Shown: positions 38,198-49,200 of the stretch, piece by piece
Position numbering within the stretch: the first letter of the stretch is position 1
Layout: every line of letters begins with the position of its first letter
From: a virus
Length of the DNA: 64,000 nucleotides
Virus record (IMG/VR): IMGVR_UViG_3300022602_000031
Location: 32,001 to 96,000 of that record
Direction: 5' to 3' (one strand)
Notes under the pieces: generated by a model
What the model was told of the DNA's origin: nothing
Database searches by the model: none
What the model saw: only the letters and a program-made list of their open reading frames with translations
Translations under genes and position numbers: made by a program

Positions 38198-40207
38198 GTG
38201 GCAATTGGTAAAATAACGGGGACAATGTTATACAACAACCTGGAACGCCAGGGTGTACCCTTATCCATTGACGCAAACTTAGTTTACTTTGATGTAGCTA
38301 ATCGTTTCGTTGGTATTAACACAGCCAGTCCGGCCTATGCGTTAGATTCAACTGGTAATGCTCGTATTGCCAATCTATACATATTAGGCAACACAATCAG
38401 TAGTAACACAGGCGTTATTAGTCTTGGTTCTACTAGTAATATTTCTATCACTGGTGGCGCTCCTTATAATCTGTTAACAACAGACGGTAATGGTAATATG
38501 TCTTGGAACAGCGTTACCAGCATCATTACTAACAGTGGTGCGTTTGGTAATACCATTAACCTTGGTGCCAACACAGCAGGTTACTTGGTTAGTAACGCAG
38601 TATCACTAACAACTTCTACGTCAGTGACAAACGCTATTACACAATTAAACTATGTACTAGGCAAACTAGTACCTCCAAGCCCACCACCATTTCCTAATAG
38701 TACTACAATTTCTGTTGGAACTACTAACACTGGATTGATGTGTAACTTTACACAAACAGATAATTCAGGTTGGGGCAATCTTAGTGTCAGCGCAGGCACC
38801 GGCGTTAGTACTTTACGTGCCGCAACAATGAGTACCAGCGGTACTCCTATATTAAACGTTGGTCCTGGTAGCTCTGGTACTATTACTGCCTATATTAATA
38901 ACGTGCCAAACGGTAACGTAACATTAACAGGATCAAATTCAAATACAACCAATGGTAACCTTTATGTCTATAACGTACAAGATTACCACAACGTAGTAAG
39001 TAGTGTGACAGCTGGCTTCTGGACTAGCTTTAGTGCTTATGCTACAGCCACCGGTGGTATGTTGCCAGGGTGGAATCGTGTACGTCTTTATGATTCAAGT
39101 ACAGGCGCCGCGACCAATGACGCAACCTGGTACTATGATTCAAGCACACCGGGTAACCCAACTTACAGCAATACCAGTATTTCATTGACATCAAACGTGG
39201 TAACGTATTCAAGTACAATACCAATGTTTACTAGCTCAGCACAATTTACCTTAAAAGGCAACGTAAGTAACCTAAGTGGTGATACATACCCAAACACATC
39301 AACTCCGTTGGCTGGTATAGCCGGCGGAGCATTCCAAGCGCCGGTAAGTTTAAACTATGCTGGATTTGGAGTTACTTCCCCGCTAGCCAGAAATCTTTAT
39401 GTCAGTTCTGGTAGTGCGTATTTTCAAACAACTACTAATATTGTAGCTTCGGGTTTTAGTTCTAGTGCAACTGGGCCACAGGTACAGGTTACCAATGGCT
39501 ATAATACTGCTAACCAAACTTTTAGTCCGGGCGTAACTATTTTATATAAAAATGGTACAGGTAATACCATCGAAGAAACTATTATTACAGTACCGGGTAG
39601 TTTAGGTAGTGGATACAGTAGCAACGGATATCGTATTGTTAATCCTGACGCCGGTACAGCCGCAGATAATCCTACCTACACTGGTAGTGAATCAGCATTC
39701 AACAGTCAAACAGGTGCGTTTTATACAACTGATGCAACAGCAGTAGCAAATAAAATACAATTTGATCAAACAAACTATTCTACTGGTTACTTACCAGTTG
39801 GTCCTAATCTGTCAACACAGGGATCGGCACAATATTTTACATTCAGATTCCAGCGTAGTGCGTTAAGTAAGTTTAACGTTTCCTACACTGGTATACTAGC
39901 CGGACTATGGATCGCACTACCTGGAGTAACTGACGTTAGCTATGCTAGCCCAACAAAAGGGTGGACTAGTTTAGCCAGTGCTTACCTAGGATCAGGAGTT
40001 CCAGGAACAGGTTCAGGCGGTAACGGTAGTACAGGAGCCGCAGTTGGCGGTAATGCCACATTAAATTCATCAGGTACATATAGTATTACTGGTACATTTG
40101 GAACAGCAAGTTCAACAAGTAGTACCAATAACTATATCTACGTTAGAGTTAAATTAACATCAGGACAATCATTGACGGCGCTGAGTATAGCGGCCGCAAC
40201 TAACTAA
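38198..40207 (+). CDS. Tail/fibre structural protein
   Basis: 669 aa, GTG start, Thr/Ser/Gly/Asn-rich. Confidence 0.6.
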   Translation: MAIGKITGTMLYNNLERQGVPLSIDANLVYFDVANRFVGINTASPAYALDSTGNARIANLYILGNTISSNTGVISLGSTSNISITGGAPYNLLTTDGNGNMSWNSVTSIITNSGAFGNTINLGANTAGYLVSNAVSLTTSTSVTNAITQLNYVLGKLVPPSPPPFPNSTTISVGTTNTGLMCNFTQTDNSGWGNLSVSAGTGVSTLRAATMSTSGTPILNVGPGSSGTITAYINNVPNGNVTLTGSNSNTTNGNLYVYNVQDYHNVVSSVTAGFWTSFSAYATATGGMLPGWNRVRLYDSSTGAATNDATWYYDSSTPGNPTYSNTSISLTSNVVTYSSTIPMFTSSAQFTLKGNVSNLSGDTYPNTSTPLAGIAGGAFQAPVSLNYAGFGVTSPLARNLYVSSGSAYFQTTTNIVASGFSSSATGPQVQVTNGYNTANQTFSPGVTILYKNGTGNTIEETIITVPGSLGSGYSSNGYRIVNPDAGTAADNPTYTGSESAFNSQTGAFYTTDATAVANKIQFDQTNYSTGYLPVGPNLSTQGSAQYFTFRFQRSALSKFNVSYTGILAGLWIALPGVTDVSYASPTKGWTSLASAYLGSGVPGTGSGGNGSTGAAVGGNATLNSSGTYSITGTFGTASSTSSTNNYIYVRVKLTSGQSLTALSIAAATN

Positions 40208-40208
40208 T

Positions 40209-43058
40209 ATGCCAATTAATCAGACCAACCAGGTAGACTATCTCTTTAAGAAAATTGGTTATAGCGTAGCTAAGACAGATACTACCACGGCCAAGAGTCC
40301 TAGTAACGAAACTATTGCCAGTCCTTTAAACTTACGTGGCGACGTAATTTGGCAACAGTCTGGACTGATACCAGCCACACAGCCATCATCGTCTACTGGA
40401 GTAGTTACAGTCTACAGTGATGCTAATAGCAATACTATTAAAACTACAGCAGACTCAACTAGTACAACATACCGTACCTGGAAAACTGGTATTACCGGAT
40501 GGATCAATCCTAGCTTTGGCGCAACCTATTCTGTTAAAGTCTATTGGGATAGTACTAGCACAATTAGTCCACAGACATCTGGAACACAGTTATTCCCAGA
40601 TGGTACCGGTAATGACGACGAGTGGTTCTTTGACTACGACGCAGGTGTACTAACATTCCCAGATAACATTCCCACAACAGTCGCAGCCGGCGGAACAAAA
40701 ACTATCTATATTGTTGGAGCAGTCTACAATGGTATTATTGGTATTGGTAACATTAATGCTAATACTATTGTTGGTACACTAGCTACAGCCAACGTTGGCT
40801 TATATGCCAACGTTTTAACAACATCAACTAACTTTAACTACTATCCAATTTTAGGTAATATATTTGGTGGTAACACGCAACATTTTGTCAGCTCTGCTAT
40901 TACACTAAATGCCAGCACTGGTAACTTAACAGTTAGTAATGTAACAGCAACTCAATTCAACGGCAGTTTAATTGGACCAGTATCGACCCCAACACAAACA
41001 TTAATTACCACAGTTGGTACACTGACCAATTTAACAGTGGCTGGTAATACAACAACAGCCAACCTATTGGCTACCAATGGCAATATTGTAAATTTAATTT
41101 CTACAGTCGCAAATATTTCTACCGCTAATATTGTTACTGCAAATATTACAACAGCAGTAGGTAATGTCGCAACATTTACCTATTTAAACAGCGCAGTAAG
41201 TACAATTACCAATTTAACCGTAACAGCCAATACCATAACTGGTAATTTATATACTCCACAGGCCAACGTATCTACATTGATAGCGTCTGGTAATGTATAT
41301 GCCGGCGCTCTAGTCGGCCCATTTTATGGCAACGTAAATACTACCTGGGTGTTAGGTGGCAACGGTAATGTAAATATTCAACCTGGCGGATTAAGTGTTA
41401 CTAACCTAATAGGCAATACAGCAGTAAGTTTACCAGTAGGAACTACACTACAACGTCCGGCAAACGTAGCCGGTTATACTCGATACAATAGCGATATAAA
41501 TTCATTGGAATATTTCAATGGCACAATATGGGTTAGCGTCACTGGTGCTATTTCAGATCAAACCTTTAGTGGTGATGGTGTTAGTCAATCATTCAGTTTA
41601 AATAGCGCAACTACTGCAAGTGGTATATTAGTCAGCGTTAACGGTGTTGTACAAAATCCAAACACATATACAGTCAATGGTGCCGGAACACAAATTACAT
41701 TTTCTGAAATACCATTGACAACTGACGTAATTGATATTCGTTATTTGGGTGCGGCATTGGCCACAACCTCATCGTATGGTAACACTCAGGTTGCCGCTTA
41801 TCTTCTAGCTAATCCGCAAGGTTCAACTTATAGTAATAGTAATGTGGCCAGCTATTTGGTTAGTGGTACAGATTCTACTATATCAACTATACAGGCCAAC
41901 GTTGGCACCTTGTACCTGGGCAATTCGTTGACCAACTCTAGCTTAACAGCATTCAAGAACTATGCTAACCTGACATTTGCTATTGGTTCAGGTAACGCCA
42001 ACATTACCAGTGCGCTGTCCAGCTATTCAGGCAATATCAATGCCAATTATCTTGTGGCTAACACTATTATTACTAGTGGTAGTACATCATCTAATATCAG
42101 TGGTGTAAATTGGCTTACGGCTAATGCTATCACAAGCGGTAACCTGTTGACTGGCAACATATATTTTGCTAACGGTACAAGTTATATGTATGGTGTTTCA
42201 AATTATATGACTAGCCAATTTTTAACTTGGGCTTACAATCAATCATTTTCCTCACCGGTAACTATGGGCGGAACTGGAACAGCATTAAACGTACTCAATG
42301 GTAATATTAATGTTGGACAAAATAATACAAATTTTATGGGAATAAGTACTAGCGGTACAATATATGCTGGTACACCATATGCTGGCTATAACCCAGCCAA
42401 CAGCGTAGTTGCATATGGCAATGTATACGTAGGCTTCCAGAATTGGCCTTACGGACTTTATACATACGGTGGAGTATTCTGGGCCGGAAATAATCAACCC
42501 TACAACGGAGTAAATTTATACAGTAACGTCACGGTGGCCAGTTTCTTACCAACTTACTCAGGAAATATATCTGCTAACGTGCATTTTGGTAATACGTATG
42601 CTTATGCCAACGGGGTAAGTATTCTAAATGGTTTATACTCAAATTCTAATGTGGCCAGCTACCTAACTACTGGTAATATTACGATAGGTAATACTTTCCA
42701 ACAGAGCGGTTACTATGAAAACTTTAGTAACGTAACCAACTCCGGTGGTAACCTAACCTGCAACTTAAACTCCGGCGACATATTCTATGCCGCTTTAACA
42801 GGTAATGTTACAGCTAATTTTACCAACGTAATTCCGGCAGTAGGCACCACAGTTAGTGCTACAATTATTTTTGATCTAGATGTTAACCCTTACACTATCA
42901 GTAACATACAAATCAATGGAGTTAATCAAACTGTGCGATGGGCTGGCGGCTTGTCTCCTTATGTCACTGCAAGCAATACTAACATTGCCAGCTTTAGTAT
43001 GTTTAATCTAAACGGTACTATTTATAGAGTATTGGGACAAATCGGTAACTACGGATAA
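40209..43058 (+). CDS. Tail fibre protein
   Basis: 949 aa; fibre repeats, G-TRYNS..LEYFNG..W module, YSNSNVASYL repeats. Confidence 0.65.
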   Translation: MPINQTNQVDYLFKKIGYSVAKTDTTTAKSPSNETIASPLNLRGDVIWQQSGLIPATQPSSSTGVVTVYSDANSNTIKTTADSTSTTYRTWKTGITGWINPSFGATYSVKVYWDSTSTISPQTSGTQLFPDGTGNDDEWFFDYDAGVLTFPDNIPTTVAAGGTKTIYIVGAVYNGIIGIGNINANTIVGTLATANVGLYANVLTTSTNFNYYPILGNIFGGNTQHFVSSAITLNASTGNLTVSNVTATQFNGSLIGPVSTPTQTLITTVGTLTNLTVAGNTTTANLLATNGNIVNLISTVANISTANIVTANITTAVGNVATFTYLNSAVSTITNLTVTANTITGNLYTPQANVSTLIASGNVYAGALVGPFYGNVNTTWVLGGNGNVNIQPGGLSVTNLIGNTAVSLPVGTTLQRPANVAGYTRYNSDINSLEYFNGTIWVSVTGAISDQTFSGDGVSQSFSLNSATTASGILVSVNGVVQNPNTYTVNGAGTQITFSEIPLTTDVIDIRYLGAALATTSSYGNTQVAAYLLANPQGSTYSNSNVASYLVSGTDSTISTIQANVGTLYLGNSLTNSSLTAFKNYANLTFAIGSGNANITSALSSYSGNINANYLVANTIITSGSTSSNISGVNWLTANAITSGNLLTGNIYFANGTSYMYGVSNYMTSQFLTWAYNQSFSSPVTMGGTGTALNVLNGNINVGQNNTNFMGISTSGTIYAGTPYAGYNPANSVVAYGNVYVGFQNWPYGLYTYGGVFWAGNNQPYNGVNLYSNVTVASFLPTYSGNISANVHFGNTYAYANGVSILNGLYSNSNVASYLTTGNITIGNTFQQSGYYENFSNVTNSGGNLTCNLNSGDIFYAALTGNVTANFTNVIPAVGTTVSATIIFDLDVNPYTISNIQINGVNQTVRWAGGLSPYVTASNTNIASFSMFNLNGTIYRVLGQIGNYG

Positions 43059-43062
43059 TTCT

Positions 43063-44043
43063 ATGAAATTTGGTAGAACTACTGGAATTTTATCCCCCTC
43101 TAGCGTAGGACCTGCAAAAGTAAAAAGAGCTGTTTCGGTAGCTGGCAGTCTTTTTACCGCTACTATAACAAGCAATCAACAAGAATTAAATTTAGCCACT
43201 TGGGCTACTAGTCAAGGGTGGAAACCTAACCAACCTGGTAATATCACTGTAAACTCTGGGGTGTATATTTGGAGCAACAATACTGCCAATGCCGCTTTGA
43301 CCACTGGTTCTTGGCAGTACGGATTGACCTTAGTCAACAACGGGTACATCATGGGAATGGGAGGCAACGGCACTAGCGGTGGTAATGCATTTCCGGGTGG
43401 GGCCGCTATCAATTTAGTTACCAATGCAAATATAATAAATCTTGGATACATAGCCGGCGGAGGCGGCGGCGGTGCCGGATGGGGTGGTTTGGGCGGAGGC
43501 GGTGCAGGCGGCGGATTATCGGCGCTTGGCAACGTGGCAGGTGGTGCTCCAGGACAGACTGGATTATACGGAGCAGGAGGACGGATACTACCAGGCACAG
43601 GCGGCGCTAGTGTAAATACTACCGGGATACAATCTTCAACAAGTGTTGGGGCAAATGGTGGTGGTGCAGGCGGTGGCGGATCCGCTTACACACAATCCGT
43701 CTCATACTTAAATAGTCCTTATGGCACATGGTCCTTTCTTTTTGTTGGCGCCGAGCACTATGCAGGTGCAGGTGGCGGCGGTTGGGGAGCCAAAGGGGGA
43801 GATGCTGTGTATTATTCTGACAACAGAGATGGCAACGGAAATATTTCTGTTGTGGCATACGCAAACATATCAGGCGCTGGAGGCAGTGGGTCAGGTCAGG
43901 GCGGAAATACTACAGTAACTGGGACATACAGCACAAGTACTTTTTATCGTGGTGGTACGGGAGGAAGTGCTATACAGTTAAATAATTTTTCTGTGACCTG
44001 GCAAGGTAGCAACACCGGTGCTGTATACGGAAATGTATCATAA
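43063..44043 (+). CDS. Glycine-rich receptor-recognition adhesin, T-even gp38-like (copy 1)
   Basis: GYIMGMGGNG, YIAGGGGGG, polyglycine stretches and C-terminal GGSAI...W...GAVYG parallel T2/T6 gp38. Confidence 0.7.
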   Translation: MKFGRTTGILSPSSVGPAKVKRAVSVAGSLFTATITSNQQELNLATWATSQGWKPNQPGNITVNSGVYIWSNNTANAALTTGSWQYGLTLVNNGYIMGMGGNGTSGGNAFPGGAAINLVTNANIINLGYIAGGGGGGAGWGGLGGGGAGGGLSALGNVAGGAPGQTGLYGAGGRILPGTGGASVNTTGIQSSTSVGANGGGAGGGGSAYTQSVSYLNSPYGTWSFLFVGAEHYAGAGGGGWGAKGGDAVYYSDNRDGNGNISVVAYANISGAGGSGSGQGGNTTVTGTYSTSTFYRGGTGGSAIQLNNFSVTWQGSNTGAVYGNVS

Positions 44044-45209
44044 TGGCCATAACAATTGAAAACGGTATTAGTATGGGAGGTGGGATATCTATATCTCCAC
44101 CATGGCCACCAACTTGGTTGCAGGCATATTCCGCAACTGCACCGACATTCACTGGCCGAATAGTATTAGTTAATGCGCTTGAATCTATCTACAATGCTGG
44201 TAGTACTACCATGCAAAGTTCATATATTAGAACACAAATAACCCCGACGGCAACTTGGACATCTTATACAACAACACCAGCCACATCTGCTCAGTTTATT
44301 GCCGTCGCTTCTAGTGGGTCGGTTATAATGGCTATTTCTACAACTGGACAAGTGGTAACAACTACAGACTCAGTTACCTGGTCTACCGCAACTTCATTAC
44401 CGACGCTTAATCCTTCAGCTAACAACGCATGGAGATTTTTAGCATACGCCAACGGCACCTGGGTAGCCCAGCCCGGATACTCTAATACTGGTACATTTAC
44501 TCCTTCGGGACAAATTGCCTATTCGACCAATAATGGTTCGTCTTGGACCAGTAGCACCAGTGCGGTAACAGCATCAAATTGGAATGGGTTGACCGGAGCC
44601 GGTAATAATTTCACAATGTATTCCCAGGATGGGCACACAGCATATAGTACAAATGGTTCTAGCTGGACCAACGTTGCTCCGGCTTCTAGTGGTTGGCCAG
44701 CAGGCATAGGTCCTTATAGTACTCCAGTATGGACTGGCAGTCAATGGTATATGGCATGGAGTCAAGGAACAACCGACCAGATGTCATATCTTACAAGTTC
44801 AAACGGTGGTACCTGGACTGGTGGTACCATGACAGTAACCGGTATGTCAAGTTCGTCAACTCCGACGCTTGCTTACGGAAATAGCACTTACGTTATTGTG
44901 GATCCTATTCATAAAGGTACCTGTTGGACCAGCTCAAATGGAACAACTTGGACAGCCAATCCAAACGCATTTAATTATAATGCCACATGGGACGTTCCCC
45001 TTGGATATAGTATGTTTAATTTGATATACACCAACGGAATGTTTGTTTATTATTTTACTGCTTATAACTCAGGCTATGTGGGAGTTGTTTATACCAGCAC
45101 AAATGGATTAAAGTGGGCAGAGAATACTACTGCGCCCAGTTACGGATCTCCGTGGATATATGCAGGTGGCGGCGATACCAATCAGGTTATATTTGGACTG
45201 AATTCATAA
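44043..45209 (+). CDS. Beta-propeller (BNR/Asp-box-like) receptor-binding protein
   Basis: Repeated S-x-(N/D)-G-x-(T/S)-W motifs (YSTNNGSSW, YSTNGSSW, TSSNGGTW, TSSNGTTW, TSTNGLKW). Confidence 0.65.
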   Translation: MAITIENGISMGGGISISPPWPPTWLQAYSATAPTFTGRIVLVNALESIYNAGSTTMQSSYIRTQITPTATWTSYTTTPATSAQFIAVASSGSVIMAISTTGQVVTTTDSVTWSTATSLPTLNPSANNAWRFLAYANGTWVAQPGYSNTGTFTPSGQIAYSTNNGSSWTSSTSAVTASNWNGLTGAGNNFTMYSQDGHTAYSTNGSSWTNVAPASSGWPAGIGPYSTPVWTGSQWYMAWSQGTTDQMSYLTSSNGGTWTGGTMTVTGMSSSSTPTLAYGNSTYVIVDPIHKGTCWTSSNGTTWTANPNAFNYNATWDVPLGYSMFNLIYTNGMFVYYFTAYNSGYVGVVYTSTNGLKWAENTTAPSYGSPWIYAGGGDTNQVIFGLNS

Positions 45210-45226
45210 CAGCAGGACAATAAAAT

Positions 45227-46186
45227 ATGGGCATTGTAATAGAACCGGGAATTACATTAGGTGGCAACATCAAAGTTGGTTTCACCGGCTTGCCCAATAA
45301 TCCAATTTCGGTAACAATTAGTAGTTCACAAAAAGAATTAAACTTATCTACCTTTGTAGCAAATCTTAATGTCTGGGACGGGTATAGTGCTGTTACTGTT
45401 ACTATAAATTCTGGGGTTTATATCTGGAGTGCTAATACTGCCAACGCCGCACTTGATATGGGTGGCAAATGGCCATCGGGAGTAACAGTAATTAATAATG
45501 GCTATATTATGGGTATGGGCGGACAAGGTGGCACATACGGAAGCGCCAATGGTGGCAATGGCGGCCCGGCTATTAATCTCACTGACGGTATAGCTATTAG
45601 AAATAACAGTTATATTGTTGGTGGAGGCGGTGGCGGAGCTTCTGACAATTTTGCCGGAGGTGGTGGTGGCGCCGGGGGTGGATACGGTGGTAATACCATA
45701 GAATCCGGTGCCAATGGTGGTGGTCAGGGCGGCCTAATAGGTGGCTTTGGATTTAATGGTCTATCTAATTACGCCGCCGGAGGCGGCGGTGGGTGTGTAA
45801 TACCCGGTACTGGTGGCGGATATGTAAGTACCAACGGTGTTCCTGGTGATTACGATTTCCCGGGGTACGGTGGAGGCTCAGGTGGCAGTGGTGGAGCCGC
45901 TACAAGAAATTATATTAGTGGAACAGTACAGGTTTGGCACTATGCTGGGGCTGGTGGTGGCGGATGGGGTCAACCGGGCGGAAATGCTGGAAACGACGCA
46001 ATAATAGGAAACGTTGGGTCAATACAGTCAGGCTCGGGCGGTACTGCAAATAGTGCCGGTGTTTCTACAACCACTGGTACTAGTAATCCAATTTACTATG
46101 GCGGCGCCGGCGGGCCAGCTATTAAAACAAATGGCTACAGTATAATCTGGGTAGCTACAGGTACAGTTTGGGGCTCAATATCATAA
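45227..46186 (+). CDS. Glycine-rich adhesin, gp38-like (copy 2)
   Basis: Paralogue of 43063-44043 (ELNL...NSGVYIWS.NTANAAL...NNGYIMGMGG); ends GGPAIKTNG...W..TGTVWG. Confidence 0.7.
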   Translation: MGIVIEPGITLGGNIKVGFTGLPNNPISVTISSSQKELNLSTFVANLNVWDGYSAVTVTINSGVYIWSANTANAALDMGGKWPSGVTVINNGYIMGMGGQGGTYGSANGGNGGPAINLTDGIAIRNNSYIVGGGGGGASDNFAGGGGGAGGGYGGNTIESGANGGGQGGLIGGFGFNGLSNYAAGGGGGCVIPGTGGGYVSTNGVPGDYDFPGYGGGSGGSGGAATRNYISGTVQVWHYAGAGGGGWGQPGGNAGNDAIIGNVGSIQSGSGGTANSAGVSTTTGTSNPIYYGGAGGPAIKTNGYSIIWVATGTVWGSIS

Positions 46187-46256
46187 TTTTAGCGCACTTT
46201 ACATTATTTGCTAGAGCGATAAATAACAATATTACCCAAATACTGAGGATCTGAGC

Positions 46257-49200
46257 ATGGCTGTTACCCGAATTCAAAATAACCAGATTACTGACCAAAC
46301 CATTCAGTACCAAAAAATTGCACCTGGTACCTTAGTCGGCTCTGTTTTTAACCCAACACTGACGCTAAATTCCAACATTACTATTGTTGGTAATTTATCT
46401 GTTAGCGGTAACAGCACAACAATCAACTCTACTAACACCTATGTTAACGATCCCTTGATTGTATTCAACAATGGTTACGCTGGTGTGCCAGCATACGATA
46501 TTGGTATGTTAGTAAACCGTGCTCTAGGCACACTAACAGGTTATGCTTCAGGACAAAATACAGCGTTTATATGGAAAGAAGCGGATCAGGCATTTGAAGC
46601 CATTGTTACAACTGAAACAGGACAAACTGCCGGCGCTGTAGGAATCAGCGGATACGCCAACATTAAATCTGGCAACTTATTTGCCAACAGTTTAACTACC
46701 ACCACTGGTATAATTTATTCGCCAGGCGGTGTACAAAATACTCCAATTGGAAGTGTTACACCAAACACAGGCGCATTTACAACTGGTGCCTTTACAACAC
46801 TACAGGCAACAAACTTTAACTCAGGCAATGCCGCAATTACAGGCAGCCAAACATATATTGGTACAAGTGGTACACCAATTGCCAACATCTATGCTGGCTA
46901 TGCCAGTTTAACTACAGCACAAATTACTAACGATACCGCGGTAAACTTTTATTCAGGTAACGTTTTTATAAATGGTGGTTACATCACTAACCTAGCTAAC
47001 ATTTATGTTACTACAGCCTATGCCACAAACTTTAGCACACCAAACCTAGCTGTTACAACACAGTCAGTAACCAATTTAACTGCCACAAACTTTTATACAG
47101 CCAATGCAAGAATTGCTGGCGGCTACTTAACTGGATTGTCTAACGTAACTACAACGTTTGACACAGTAACAAACTTATATGCCGCTAACGCAACAATCGC
47201 AAGTGGTACATTCACCGGCGCCGCTGTTAACGCAGTAGCCGGTAATATTACAACTGGTTACTTTGGTTCATTAAACACAGCCAACGCAGTAGTCACCGGT
47301 GGTTACATTGCCGGTATCTCTAACATTAGCGCCAGCTATGGAACCTTTACAAACTTTGCCACCGGTAACGCTGTAATCACTGGCGGTAGTTTAAACGGCA
47401 TTCCGGTTGGAGCATCATCACAGAGTTCTGGTGCGTTTACAACTATTAGCGGTACTAATCAATTGTTTATTAGTTCTGCTATTAACAGCATAACTTCTAA
47501 TACTGGAGCTATAGTTGTTACTGGCGGCTTAGGAGTAGGTGGTAACTTAAACGTAGGTGGTCAGGCATTAATCACTGGCAACCTGACTGTCACTGGTAAC
47601 TTATCAGTAACTGGTCAAAGTGTAAGCATTGGTTCGAGTTCATTAAGTGTAACAGACCCAATTATTAACTTACATACACCAACCGATCTAACTCCGCTGA
47701 CAAGTAACGACGGATTTGATATTGGTATTAAAATTCACTATTATGATACTTCAGACTCTGCGGCATTCTTTGGTCGTGCTAATGACACTGGATTCTTGGA
47801 ATGGTATGCTCGTGGTACAGATACAGCAAACGTATTCACAGGCACAGCATATGGTACAATTAAATCTGGCGAATACTATGCTTCTAACACAACACCTAGT
47901 ACAAGTAGTTCAACTGGTGCCTTGCGTATTTCTGGCGGAGCTGGTATTGCTGGCGCAATTTATTCAGGTCCGTTAAACTCCACATATGGTAACATTTTAA
48001 ATAGTTTGTATGCTGGTAGTATCAATACAGCCAACGCTGTTATCAGCGGCGGATATATTAGTGCGTTAACTAACGCAACAATAACCACAGCATCGATTAC
48101 AAATTTAACTACAACATCGTTAATTCCAACCAATTTTTCATCACCAAACGCATACGTAACTGGTGGTACACTAAACAACGTAATAATTGGTAATGTTACT
48201 CCGGCTGCCGCTACATTTACTACTATAGTATCAACTGGCACTTCGATACACGCAGGTAACATTGTTGGTAATAGTGGTACAGCAAGTACAAGTACAACAA
48301 CTGGCGCATTGGTAATTGCCGGATCCGGTGGTGCTGGCATTGGCGGCGCATTAAACGTTGGTGGCATCAGCAACTTCTCTGCTAACCTATTATTAACAGC
48401 CGCAACTAACACAAACAACAACACAACCGGTGCATTGGTAATTCCAAACGGTGGCCTGGCAGTTACTGGTAACATTAACTCAGCAGGTCAGCTGTTTGTT
48501 GGGTCGTTAGCACAAGCAACTCCATTAACAAGTGCAATCGCTGTTAAACGTGGCACAAGCTCAACTGGTGCTGGTGTACAATATACACAAGACGCTTTAA
48601 TCAATGGTACTAATACTGGTTCAAGTGACTTTATTGCTTACGCCAATAACTATAACCTAGCAGTTGGCGACCAAGGGTGGATGGACATGGGTTTCACTGG
48701 CGATGCGTTCAGTGACGTTAACTATACAATTACCAAATCAAACGATGGTTACGTATTTGCGTCTGGTGCTAACACATCAGTTGGCGGCAATTTGGTTATG
48801 GCAACTGGCAGTACTGGTGGATACAATGACATAGTTATTGGTGTAGGTGGATTTATAGCCAATGCTGAAGTCGCGCGATTCCACGGTAACGTAAATAACT
48901 CAGGTAACTTTACATTAAAACTACCTACTAACAATAACCTAACTGCCAATACTGGAGCATTCCAGCTCTGGGGTGGCGCAAGTATTACGGGTAACGTATA
49001 CCACGGCGGTGCTACCTTATTCAACGGTAGCGGCACAGCTGGTAATGATGTAATAGTCAAAGGTAAAAACGATGCTACATTAATTTGGGCACGTCCTGGA
49101 TCAACATATGATCAGGTAGTTATTGGTAACTCAGCCACTACTAGTACTTTAGTCACTGGTGCTAAGTTAATTATTAACACAACAGATTCTATTTTATTAC

